The position numbers and the translations under genes are program-made. From Lytechinus pictus (Eukaryota), in NCBI RefSeq assembly GCF_037042905.1, contig NC_087258.1, positions 5,952,001 to 6,016,000 on the forward strand: a stretch of 64,000 nt of DNA. The letters run 5' to 3'. This document shows, one piece after another, positions 24,206 through 37,444 of the stretch. Every line of letters starts with the position of its first letter. Position 1 is the first letter of the stretch. A model generated the notes under the pieces. It worked only from the letters and a program-made list of their open reading frames with translations, had not been told where the DNA came from and ran no database searches.

Positions 24206-27200
24206 TTTGGATGTTACTACGTGTATAGGGTTTAATACATCTGGAAACTTCGGGTAAAAGTACATGTAACGTGTATCTGTAAATATTGTGATTATGTTGG
24301 TGATTGTAAAGCAACAGTCTACTATATGGACACATGCAAAATAAACAAATACTCGTAATCATTATTGTCTGTCTCTTCATTGTAGGCCTACGATAAAAAC
24401 CAAAGCCATTTGCGGCTTTAGTATCGAGCTAAAGAACGCCTGATACCCAGAGAATAAGGAAATCCCATGTATCTTTGGGAATACTAAAGATGAAACATTA
24501 TTATAGTATAACCCTGGCTTGCTCCTCAACCGGTTTTCACATTACAAGAAAAAAAAATCTTGCTCATTTTGCCTCATTGCAAACACCCCAACCACCATAT
24601 TCTCCATTTCATTCTTACAAATGTGAAGGCTGAATGAGCTTCCGATGGAAGCCGAGATAGTACTACATGTACGTGTACTTCATGCCAATTGGAGATATTA
24701 TCTTATATCATACCATTCTACTCAACCTTCCAACATTGTTTAAAGAGCAAATGTTTGTTGGATACGTTGACAATTTTCGATCAATAAAACATGAACCAAA
24801 ATCCTGTTTGAAAAGGGCGCCTTACAAGATGGGGAGAAATACTTTTGCGGAGAGGAATCTCAAATACACCTTTGTAGAATATAAATAGATATTACAACGA
24901 AATAATTTATCATATTAACATTGATTTTCTGTCGGGTCGTGTACAATACAAAGGGAATATTCTAGGTGCAATATTTCTCCCCAGCCGTCGCATGTGGGTT
25001 TAAATGCGTCATCTGCCCCACCCCCCTTCCCCCTCTTGTTCCCTTCCCACTCATACTCCCTGGTCCCCCGATAAGTTTATGATTTATAGGGTTCAGCTCT
25101 CGGCATCCTTTTTTTGTATAAATCATAATTTATTCGGCAAGGCATCCCCGTTTTCCTCCAAATAAACTCAAAGCAAGTAATTTACCCAGCTTGTAGCAGT
25201 ATTTACTTACAATAAGCAGTGTTTGCCCCTCCAATTTTGCTCATGCGTATGCAGTTTTATATTTCACACGCTTCAATCACCTCCCCTCCCCCCCCCCCCC
25301 CCCATCACCGTTGTTTTCGTATAGTTGACTTTATAGCTATTATATATATCCCATATTGCATTTTCCACCTTTTTTCTTTAAAATGAAAGTAGAAAACCAA
25401 AATGAACATGTGATTTGGCAAGAGATTCATCCAAAAATAACTGAGTTAGAGAATTTGGAAAGGTTTATTTCTGACGTCAGATGCGAGCAGCTTCCCCATA
25501 ATATGTCGTGAATTCTTAAAAGAATGCCATTGACTTCACACATTCCCACATTTGATAATTCACAACTCTCTTATTCCTCCATGGATATACATTAAACCTA
25601 TTTTTTTGTATGCTTTATTGAAACTAACTTCCCCTCAGGCTAATTTATTATTCACCAGTTGAAGAAAAAACAAGATATACCTTTAATTTCTGTTCATTTC
25701 ATGTGAGGCTTATCATCGTTTTTTTTTTATTACATCAATCTGTATTGTAGTAAACACAGTTGGAAAATGGAAAATCAAAGTAATTAAGCGGCAACCAGGC
25801 ACGTAGCCAAGGGGAGGTGGGGATGGTCGCCCCCCCCCCCCCAAAAAAAAAAAAAAAAAAAAAAAAAAACGCCCCAAAAAAGAAAAAAGACGGGGAAAGG
25901 GAGGGAGAAAAGCGAAGGGAAAAAGGGAAAGAAGGGTATAGCTTTATTGTTTTTTTTTTGTCAAACATATCAAAAGAATAAAAACCTAAATGAGATGTTC
26001 TTTTCTCTCTTCATACAAATTTTGTTTCCGCACTCCGCGCGGGAAAAAATAGCAGAATTGCCTTTCCCCTTTGTTTCCCACACCTTTTTTCCTACTCCGT
26101 TCTTTCCGCTTTCGGGTCATGAGAATCGCATTCTTGCCAGAAATTATAAAGTATACATGGGTGGTATGAAAAGTATTTTTTTTCATTGCACTGACACAAA
26201 ATTTCGGCTCTTCTGTTCAGAGCGGGTAAACTTTTATACCGTCACTCCCACGAGTCCTCAAAATGCTATTTCTTCCGCTTTTCAGCAAGCAATTTGTTGG
26301 CAAAGTATCTGCTCAAAGGGAGAAGCATTAAATTCGTGCCGTGCTATATGCAAAAGCAGAGTACGATGAAACTTAATTCTATATCGCTGCACATCCATCT
26401 CCGGTCCTGTTTTGGTTTTGCGCCATTGATTCAAAATTTTGAATATCACTGAAGTTTCTTAATCCTACATAAGGAAGCGCTTACTATTGTGAGCAATATT
26501 ACACAATTTTTTTTCGTCCAGAATAAGTCACAGAAGATTCCGTGCTTCGCGTGCATGGGAAAGGAAAAGTCCCTCTTCTAGCTTTCATCATCCATTTCAC
26601 ATTTTGAGCTATATTTTTCTTCGTATTATATACGAAATATCAAAATTAGAGCAGGTTAAAGTTACAGAAAATTTATAAAATTCAGAGCTTGCCATTCGCG
26701 GGAAGAAATATTTCCTCCCTGCATATACCAGCTTTCTACTCTGTTTTGCGAGTTAAAGAAATTTAATGTGGCTAAAGTTTTTACAATCAAATCTGATGTG
26801 GCTAAGGTAGGCATTTTATATCACTTCTGTTCTCATTTTTTTTAACATAAAACGTCTTAGCTTTCGCGCTTCGCGCGGTAAGAGGAATTATTTTGAATTC
26901 CTCAATCTTTTTCCCAATTTTGATAAGGGTATTACAGACGCAAGAGACGTCTTCTTTTGATTGAAATTTTATGAGCTTTGTAACTGGCTCTTTTTACCTT
27001 CTTTCTCTATGTAATTGTTATATTTGTAATTTCACTCATTTCTACATATATTTATATTGTTCCATGACTTTCTACTAGTTTTCATTAGGGGAAATGTGAC
27101 ATTTCAGCAGAGACCGGCTGAATGTCACTTTCTCTTTCTAGATTAGAATTTTTTTTTCTTCGCCAAGGATACACCACTTATTTCTCGCATCCCTCAAATT

Positions 27201-28330
27201 CTCGTATTCATCTAAATGTATCTAACCAATTAACTTCAACCTGTTGATTGCTTCAATAGGAGCACAAAAAAGTCTTCTTAGCACTCTGCTTCGTTTCTTA
27301 CTGCTCTAGACATGCTAGAGCAAACATTCAGAAAATGCCTAATGCTGCCTTTCATTTTGCTTTTATCATGAACGTGCTCTTCTGTTTGAAATAAAAATCA
27401 TTGATACTATTTACACGTATATTAACATATATAAGCTGACGTAAAGATATATGACAAACTAGTTTCTTATGATAAGAATGCCTCTTATTATCCCCTTCCC
27501 TCTCTCTCCCCCTCCCTCTTTCTTTCGCCCCCCCCCCCCTCTCTATCTCTCTCTCTCTCTCTCACTCTGTGAATCTGGGTGCAACTCAGATGAAATTGGG
27601 CTGAGAAAAGCTGTATTATTAGTAATAAATCATTCATCGTGATTATCACCATCATTACTACATTATCATAATCAATTTTAAAGAAATATACCACCATTAT
27701 TATACCATCGTTATTTTTACTACTTTTATCATCATCATTATTACAATCACCACCATCAACATTATTAAGGAATACAGTTATTTTAGATATTTAAGATGAT
27801 TGTAGTGTTACAGTGAGTTCAGAATTCCAGCATTTAACTTTAACCACTATTTCGTTTTCTAAAATAAATATTTATTTGGGATCTCCTCTTGTTTTAATGG
27901 TCATCTCAAAGATGGGCTGGAGAGTTCCATGACATTTGCTATATATTTAGCACTATTCTGCTTAAAGAAAGCGGACAGTTTTCACGAGCACGAACTTCAA
28001 ATACATACTTCATCATTCGGATGTATTTGTTGTAATAAGCATCCACTACTTTCCACCGCTTATCTTATATTCTACGACGCAAATTGGAGGGGGTGCGACA
28101 CCCATACATGGAATATTCATATTTTTTACTGTAAGCAATATTGATCTTTATAGCAACGGCGTATAAAGTATTTGAATATCCGATGGAAAAATATGACTTT
28201 CATCTTGTCGATTTCGACAATTATGATCCACCGTGAAAGTGTGAAACAACCAAATAATTTCTTCAACGAAACGATGAACCTCTTCCACATCATCAAGAGA
28301 GAGAGGTGTATACACACACACACATAATAC

Positions 28331-28331
<1 letters not shown>

Positions 28332-28380
<49 letters not shown>
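28332..28380. repeat. (AT)n microsatellite
   Basis: Pure TA dinucleotide run of about 48 bp. Confidence 0.95.
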
Positions 28381-28383
<3 letters not shown>

Positions 28384-30320
28384 CACATGTATATTTGCGC
28401 TTGTAGCAAGTAAATATCATGGCCTATTGGGTTCGTCGATGCAATTATCGAAATGTGATTTTTGCCAAATTCTGGAAGGTTAACTGAATTGATTATAACA
28501 TAAACTAATTATATTTCATAGAACCTGTTTCCTGAATACTTAACAAAATTGTTTTTCCCTTCCCACTTTGACCATTAACATAAATTGGTCCTGTTCACAT
28601 TGCATTTTTTGTGTGATTTCCTTCTCTCCATTTTTCTTCTACCTTTCTCCTTTTTCTTGGTCATGGAACTCATGAAGTTGCCATTACCCCAGTCCACCCC
28701 TCCTAACCACATCTATAAACCAGCGAGTTGTAGATAATGTAACCGAGATTTCTGCCAAAGTTAATTCTAAGAGAACTCCAAACTTAACTTTAAGTCAAAA
28801 TATCTCACTCAATGCATTAATATCGGCATGGCTCATGAGATTCGCATTTCATGGATGAAACTCGATATACATGGGGGAGAGAGAGAGGTCGGGATTGATT
28901 AAAGTAACTGTCATTTATACCACTTGGGAATAAAGCTAATACATGTATAGATTAATTGAATTTCATATGCCTTGATGATGACTTTCATTTTCGTTCTACC
29001 CGTTTATTCATGTTAATATGTCAATATCGCATCTCCCTCTTCCAGTCATTCAGTCATTGCCATTCAAACATACACCAACACGCCCACCCTCACGTAAGGC
29101 ACGCGCATGCGCATTCTACCAAAAGAAACAGTTTGATTTCTATTCTTGGCACATATTTTATTTATGAAAACAGATACTTGGGTGCTCATTTTATTGGGTC
29201 CTATACAAACTCATTTGAAATCGCTACCATAATTATATAGCATTTATCTTCAAACTATTCATAACTTTTTGGGAATAATATCTAATTAGTTTTCTTCTAT
29301 AGTACAGAGTATACAAAGGAAACATAATCATAACGTATTTTTTTTATTCGGCTTCCCGTTATTTTAGCAGAGAGATTGACTATGGTCCAAGCTAGACTGG
29401 ACGTCAGAATACAGGCCATTTGGTCCACTGTCAACGATGGTCTAATTAACGTTTGGTCTACACTAATACCAACTAAGTTTGATACACATTTAAAATGAAA
29501 TACATCCCACCTCAAGTGTTCTCAAATGGTGTTAGTCGAAGTAAATAATAGACGAAATTGGTTTAGCTTAACTAAAAATTACATAAATTGCAAATGGGCA
29601 ACATGAAAAATTAGACCAAATGTAAATTAGACAAAGGAGATGTAGACCAAGTGGCAATTCAGATGAAATTGTTAGTCAAAGGGGGATATTGTTAGCGACC
29701 TGGTTAGAAGAAGCAAATTACATTATAATTGTTTCCTTTGTTTACTCTGTACTGTTGAAGAAAACTATTTTAGTTATCTTTATAGATGGCAGTATGACAA
29801 TCCATTAGAATTATTTACAATGCCAACTCAATCTCACCTTGGTTTATTTTTTTTTTTCGTCCTTTTCTCTTTTTTAGGGAGGGGGGTCATGCTTTATTGA
29901 ATAAGTCGACTGAAATGAAGTTTGCAGGCACAGACATTTGGTTTTGGTTTAGTGTATAATGCAGAGTCTGAAGAAGTGAGACTAGATTAACTCATAAAAT
30001 GTCGCTGCTGGTTCCATTTGACACACACACACACAGAAAGGGTTAGGGGTCTAGTCTACACGATAGGCATGTTATTTGTGTAAGTGTTAAAATTTCAGTC
30101 TGTGCTTGTAGACTAATTAAACCCCTTCATGAGTTTATTTCATCAAAGGCACCACCCTCTGATCTGATACATCGAAATATCCAAATGTGAAGGAAGCAAA
30201 TGTCTCTATAACGAAGCTACAGTGTGCATTAATCTTTATTATTTACAGCTAAGAAAAAAAAATAGTTTTCGCTTCAAATATAAAATTCTAATTTGTATTC
30301 TTAGTATATTCTTAGACATG

Positions 30321-30449
30321 TGAAGCGAAAGCTCAGTCGGTAGAGGAGGGTTTCGGATTCCAGTGGCCCAGGTTCCATTCCCACTTGGTGCCCTTTGGTA
30401 AGGCATTTGTTCTAATACCAGGTCCCTCGGAGAAGACTTTAAGCCGTCA
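30321..30449 (+). mobile_element. 5' half of a tRNA-derived SINE interrupted by the Transib element
   Basis: A-box agctcagtcggtagag and degenerate B-box ggttccattccc. The body ends gaagactttaagccgtc and continues at 40131. Confidence 0.8.
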
Positions 30450-31562
30450 CACAGTGGGCCAGGAGAGAGCAAAAGTGCGCCAAAACTGGTTTTTGGTCAT
30501 GAAACAAATTTCGTTTTTTTCATGTTCTAAGCAAAGATTGTAGAATGCCTCCATACAATATTTCTCCATTAAATTGATTATTAGTTGCACATTTGTATTC
30601 AATATTACCGGGAAATGACTCTTTACGGCTACCGCATGTGTAAATGACACGTTTTAGATATTTCACTGTTTTAACAAAACGGAATGCTTAATCTATTTCT
30701 TATTCACGGTGCTCTTTGATGAATGATTGTTTTAAGTGATCAAAGATTTTCAAGATAAAATAATAATCCCTTCAGAGGCAATTTTGGACGAAACCATTTG
30801 ACAATGGGGGGTTTTAGCAAAAAAAAAATTCATGAGCATTTCTTTTACAAATTGCTGTCGATTGCTGCGCTGTAAATACCATGACAGTCTTTGTTATAGT
30901 TTATGCTTTACATTGATACCAAATTTAGCTGCATATACGTGCATTTTCTGGAGATATGACCAATTTTCCAGCCACATGTTCGCCGTATTTATCACAAAAA
31001 TCGTTCCAAGTTAGTGTCCCATTATGCGCGTGCCGAACGTTGCGGGTGACATTAAACAAACTCCCCGTCGCGTGCTGGGAGAGAGAGAGGGGGGGGGGAT
31101 GTCTGGCTCAAGTGTCTGGCTCTTGTGACTGGTGTCTGCCTTTAAAATATTTTCGTTAAACATACGTAAAGGCAAGCTTTCATTTCCAATTCCACTAACT
31201 ATATAATAATACATGTAACACAACTTCATTTTGATGCCAAACTGTTCCATCCCGTGTTCCATATCTGATATGCTGTCATCCTGAGAAGATTAATTCTTAA
31301 GGTAAGATTTCCGGGTAAGATTATATATTTGTTTTGTTGTTCATAAACCAAGTAGGGGCTACTGTATATCGCTATACACACATGACTAGGGATGTTTTCT
31401 GACAAAATATGAAAATGTGTATAGGACAGAGATGGGATATACGTGGGCTCTATTACATGTATAAGTTGCGTTATCATTATTGGTATTTATCCCCCCAAAA
31501 AGGGTTTGTAACTTCACATACACGTATGAATTCGTTTATCTCTTGGCTCATTCTAAATTTGC

Positions 31563-34500
31563 TTTTTTTTTTTTTAAAGGATGTTTTATTGTATTCTCTC
31601 AAATCAAAATAAACATTCACATTCCATAAGCAGGTTGTACAAACTATTTGAAACATGATTATAAATTATACAATAAATCCATAACAAATATAATTATACA
31701 AACTATACATCAAACTTCAAAGATACTAGAAATTAATACTAATGCGTTTCAGCAATTACAAAATGAAATATTAACAAGATGTATGAATGATAAGAGAGAA
31801 AAAAAAAGATAAAAAGTGTTGTTCTACCTCCCAACCCCCCCCCCCCCCCCCGTCCCTAGGTTAGGAGCACCCTCCCCTTTTTATGCCTATACTCTACATG
31901 GAAGGGACTACAATTCTCCGTATTTATTTATTTTTGTATTTTTTGTGTGGTTTTGTCTCTCGTTGTATATATACCTTTGCCTCACTCTCTCTATATATTC
32001 TTTTAATTCAGATTTTCCCATTTCCTTAAATGTAGAGACATCTTACCTCTACCTAGCGCCAGCCTTCTTTTTTCTCATTCTTCTTCTTTAAATTTCCTTT
32101 TAATTTCATCCATGGTTATAAGTGCACCCTTTTCCCTCCCTTTGAAAATTAAAAATTTAACAAAGATTAGAAAATGATTGACTAAACGTTCCTTTCCTTC
32201 GTCCTTTAATTCTACACCTACAAGAATTTCCTCCCAGCTTAAATTGCCCGTCGAAATAAAACCAAATATCTTCTTACAATTATCCCAAACCAGACAAGCA
32301 TATTCACATTCCAAAAATAGATGGCGATATGTTTCTTCCTCTTTTTTACAATAACAACAAAGATTATTCTGTGAGATTTTAAAACGGAACAAGTGATGAT
32401 TTGTATAAGCAATGCCGTGTAACATTTTAAACTGAAACTCTCTTAATCTACTGTTCAGAGTACATTGTCTTGGTCTCATAAAAATGTGTTCAATCTTTTC
32501 ATAAGAAAAACTATATTTGTTTTTTAACCTTTCGAAAACATCAGGTATTGTGAAGTTACATTTCATAAAATTTGCATAAACGTTTTTAGATACTAACTCC
32601 TCTATTGACAAAATTCTTTTTCCAGATATAAATGATATTTCTTCCCTAAGAGAAGCCTCTTTGCTATCTATTTTCATATTTCGTTTCCAGCTGACTGGAA
32701 AAGTTTTATAAATTGACTCTATCAAATGAAAATCATTTATGTTTAAACCCTGTCTTTGGAAGTACGAAAATGACCTTAAGTTTTCATCACAATCCATAAT
32801 ATGTTTCAGTCTGTAAATATTTTTTTCATATAATTTTTGGTTAAATATGCATTTCCCTTCAATTCGTACAAATTTATTGTTAAAAAATATCTCATTTCCT
32901 TTATATGTTTCAGATTTTAATCGAAAATCCTTCGTCTCTATCCATACTTCTAGCAAATCTATATAAAATTGCGGCAATACTATCTCCAACACTCCAAGCA
33001 AATAATCGCATGAAAATATAAAATTTCCTCCTAGATGTTTTGTGGCATAATTGAAATATTGTTTCCATTTCATTGCATTATTTTCTTTTAGTCGTTTAAT
33101 CCACATAACTCTCTGTGCCTTTATTAACCATTGAAAATTCATCATTTTCAAGCCGCCTTGATGGTAATCTAAATATATCGTTCTTTTGTTGATCTTATTT
33201 CTGCCAACCCACAAAAAAGTAAAAGCCAACTGATCAAGTTCAACATAAACCCATCCTGGGATTGGTGTGAGAGATGCCACATATATGAATTTTGAAAAGA
33301 TAAATTGCTTTAATAATTGTATTTTGCCCATCAAAGTTAAATCTCTTTGCTTCCACCAGTTTAACAGCTTCTTTATTTTACTTAATATTTCTTTATAATT
33401 CAATCTTTCTTTTACTTCTACATTTAAAGAAAAAAATACACCGAGAATCTTTATAAAATCCACCTTTTGGCCAAAAGATAAATCATATGATTTTCCTTGA
33501 GAGGAACCTAGTAATAAAACCTTCGTCTTATCGCTATTAACTCTAAGTCCTGATACTTTTCTGAATTTTTCTAAAATTTCTATTACTTTTTTGACTGAAT
33601 CTAGATCTCGGACAAAAATAGACATATCATCTGCATACAAAATCTGTTTTACTTCTTCCTTTCCAAAGGAAATTCCTTTAACATCATTATTATATCTTAT
33701 ATTATGCGCTAATACTTCTATGCATAAAATGAAAAGATATGGTGAAAGCGGATCTCCCTGCCTTACCCCTCTTTCCACATGAAAATAGCTTGTAGAATCT
33801 CCTCCATTAAAAATACAACTTTGGCTATTTGTATACAATACTTTGACCCATTTGCGAAATTGCTGGCCAAAACCGAATGAACCTAATGTGTGATGTAAAC
33901 ATTTGTGGGATATCGAATCAAAGGCTTTTTCTAATTCAATTGCTATCATATACCCAGGGATATTATTATATAACGTATGAAAAAGCATATCATCAATTAA
34001 TCTGATAGCTTCTCCTATATTCCTGTTTTTAATAAATCCTATTTGATCTGCTAATACAACGCTTTGCAAAACCTCTTTAATTCGTTTTGCTAAAACTTTG
34101 GATATGATCTTATAATCTGTATTCAATAACGAAATGGGTCTATAATTCTTTACGTAATGTGGGTCTTTCCCTTCTTTAGCTAATAAAATAATAATTGCTT
34201 GTTTTTGTGATGCAGAAAGTTCTCCAAGAGCAAAAGCTTCATTGAATGCCCCAATCAATACATCCTTTATTTCAGCCCAAAATGTACAATAAAATTCAAC
34301 TGTTAACCCATCGTTTCCAGGGGATTTATTTTGCTTCATTTCTTTCAGTACCGAAATACACTCCTCTTCTAATATATCCCCTTCACAGCTTTCGGAATCT
34401 TCAGATGTTAACGTTGGTACATTTTTAAAGAAATCCCTAAAATCTTCCGTGTATTCCCTAGCATAAAGATGGGTATAAAATGATTTAATTTCATTTAAAA

Positions 34501-36550
34501 CTTCTTTCTCGTTTTCAGTAATTTCTTCGTTAACCTTAACTAATTTTGTAATAATACTTTTCTTCTTGTTAGATTGTAATAGTTGACTAAAGTACCTTGT
34601 ATCCCTTTCTCCACTTTCGTACCATGTTTCACGAGACCGAATTTTAATACCTTCATTAATATACTCGTAACTGTCTGCAAGTTCTTTCCTTTTCTTTTCT
34701 ATCTTTTTAATCAATTCTGCATCTACTGAATTTACGCAACTACCTTCTAAACATTCCAATTCCTTTTCGAGAGATTCTTTTTTATTTTTTTTTCCTTAGC
34801 CAGTTTTTTCGAAAAAGTTATTGTGAAAGACATTATTTTCATTTTCAAATAATCCCATACAACTCTTCTATCTTTAACTTCTGTCTTTATTTTCTCCTTC
34901 AATGTAAGTATTTCTATTTTCATCTTTTTCACATATTCTACATTACCACAAAGGCTATTATTAAATTTCCAATAAGAACCATTCTTTTTACGCATTTCCT
35001 TATCAGTTTTATCATACAAGAACAAAAATATAGCTGAATGGTCAGGAGCTATAGATGGTAAAATTTTGCACCTAATAACAACATTTACCAATTCATCTGA
35101 TATTAGCCAATGATCTAATCTGCTTTGCATAAACGGATTATTTTTAGTGAAGGTAAATTGTCTTTTCAATGGATTTCTCTCCCTCCATATGTCTATCAAT
35201 TGTAGTTCCTCCATAAAATTTTCTATTTCTTTACTAACCTTGTCATGTAATTTTTGTTTCACTGTTCCATTATAATCTAATTCAGAATTCATAATAATAT
35301 TAAAATCTCCTCCCATTAAAACAGGTTTGTTACAACTATTTATTTTGTTTAATTTTATAAGCATATCCTTTAAAAATTTTATTTGATGATTTTCTTTATC
35401 CCTCGTAGGTAAGTATACATTACAAAGGACCATTCTATGTCCTTGGATTTCATAATCAATGAGTATTTATCGCCCTTCGTTATCGTGTTTTATATTTATA
35501 AGTTTAAAGTCTAGCGAGGTTTTGATAAGAATGAGTACTCCTCTGCTGTGATTTGATCCATGACTATAGTAACATGACCCATGCCACCCAGAACTCCATC
35601 TATCCTCTACATCTTTTGTACTATACGTCTCCTGTAAAACAATTACATCCCCTTTTTCTTTGCACCATGAAAATATTCGTCCCCTTTTCGCGCATTCTCT
35701 TATTCCTCTAACATTTAAGGAAACAAAATTTAAACATCTATTCATAAAGAAAATCTAAAAAGATCATTCCAACATTTTTTTTGTATAAAAACTTTAAGAT
35801 TTTCACTACGTTATTTATAGGGAGAGTGAGGATTAGACATACCAACATATTTCCTAGTGTAACTGCAGTACATAATCCAATGATAAACTCTAATTTATTG
35901 CGCCATTGTTCAAAACCAAAATGAATGTCGATCAATTCAAATATTGCTATCCCTTCCATGTAGAACATTATCTCTAAGAATCCTGAATAAGGTGCTCGTA
36001 AATCCTGCAGGTAAAAAAAGAAGGGAAAGAATCCCATCTATACGACCCTCTCCAAAGCAGCACTCCCTCACAGCTCACCCTTCTTTACAGGTTGCTGTAG
36101 TATTTCCAATAATAATAATCTACCCCTAATTCTTGTCTTTTTTCTTTGTTTGAACCTTATTGAATTTAAACGAAATAGCTGTAAATAAAATTAATAATGA
36201 AAAAAGAAGAAGAAAAGCTGACATTCAATTAGCATATTCCGCATTAATAAGTTAAATTTTAAACTTACACATATTAAGCAAGTATATATGTTTTTCTGTT
36301 AATAAGAACCTATCCCCAACAAAACAATACAAGTAAAATAATGGTACATGTTTGAAACACAGCCAATCAAAGTCCCAAAGCATTCCTAATCCCCTTGTTT
36401 CTATAATTAAAAAAAAAAAAAAACTTTCAAACAGTCCTGAGATTCACCTTTTGGTAACAAAACACCTAATCCCTATATAACAATATACCAAAGTCATGAT
36501 ATTGGATTCCATATAAGCATATTAAAGGTGCTACACTTTAAAGAAAAAAA
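31563..36550 (-). mobile_element. L1/Tx1-clade LINE (ORF2, 3'UTR, poly(A)) inserted in the Transib element; 5' boundary uncertain
   Basis: Poly(T) at about 31563-31575 preceded on the minus strand by AATAAA. ORF2 below. A U-rich (sense) region lies upstream of ORF2. No ORF1 and no TSD found. Confidence 0.85.
32004..35745 (-). pseudogene. LINE ORF2 (APE endonuclease, reverse transcriptase, zf-RVT), disrupted
   Basis: EN motifs SLNVRG, LQET, GGDFN, SRLD, PDH. RT motifs KSPGNDG, YRPISLLN, EKAFD, RQGDPLSP, YADD. C-terminal CCYC...HLFLEC. In-frame TAA at 35467-35469, a frameshift in an A-run near 34780, another near 32075, and E in place of the first catalytic D (AIELEKAFD). Confidence 0.95.
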
Positions 36551-36574
36551 AAATCACACTATTTCCATCATTAA

Positions 36575-37157
36575 AGGAGAATGAAACTCTTGGAGCAAGT
36601 TAGCTTTTGTGAAAGCAGAAAAATCTAAGAATAAGATCAACAAAACTTTGAGTAAAATAGGACTAGCAATAAAAGAGTTATGAGCATTTGAATGTCGAGA
36701 TCACTAATGCTATGGAGATCCTCCCATTGACAATGCGACCAAGATCTGTGATGTCACACACGTACAACTCTCCCATTTGGACACTGAAAATATACCCCAA
36801 AACATCTCTTTTTGCTCATTCTAATCATATGACAAACGATTCATCAATGATATAATGTTGTGAAACCTCTGTACTTGTCATCTCATAAAGAGAACACCTC
36901 ACCTTGTGATAGACTCTATAAAAGTGAGAATATAAGTGAAATAAGTACTAAAGTAATGAGGGAGTTGTACGTGTGTGATATCACAGATCTTGGTCGCATT
37001 GCCGTTGGGAGGATCTACATGGCACTAGTGATCTCAATATTCGAATGCTCATAACTTTCTTATTATTCATTCAATCTTCCTCAAACTTTCAACAATATGT
37101 TTCTTTGATTTTTCTCTTTGATATGGATTCAGCTGGTTTCAAGGGTTTCATTCTCCT
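36575..37157. mobile_element. Kolobok-like non-autonomous element
   Basis: TTAA|aggagaatgaaac ... gtttcattctcct|TTAA. Long internal inverted segments (caatgcgaccaagatctgtgat / atcacagatcttggtcgcattg). Confidence 0.85.
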
Positions 37158-37444
37158 TTAATGCCAGGAATACAGAACGAAATACTTATGTGACAATAAA
37201 TTCCACTGCAGGTAATGCATACCTAATCATTGGTTCAAAACAACAAAACTTGCATTTTTGGGACATTGTATTGAGGATAACTTCCTTTTGAATATTTAGT
37301 TCTATCTTGCACAAAAGGAACACCTGGAATTCTTTTTTTTTCTTAAAATCTAAGCAAACAAACACTTGGAGCATACATGCGCCAAAAAATATATAAAAAA
37401 AGCCAAAGTGTGACTTGTTTGTTTGAATTCACATTGGTTTCCCC

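Noticed and set aside
19014-28420. ORFs with YIYIYI, poly-F, poly-G or ERER tracts
   Set aside because: They are translations of microsatellites and homopolymer runs.
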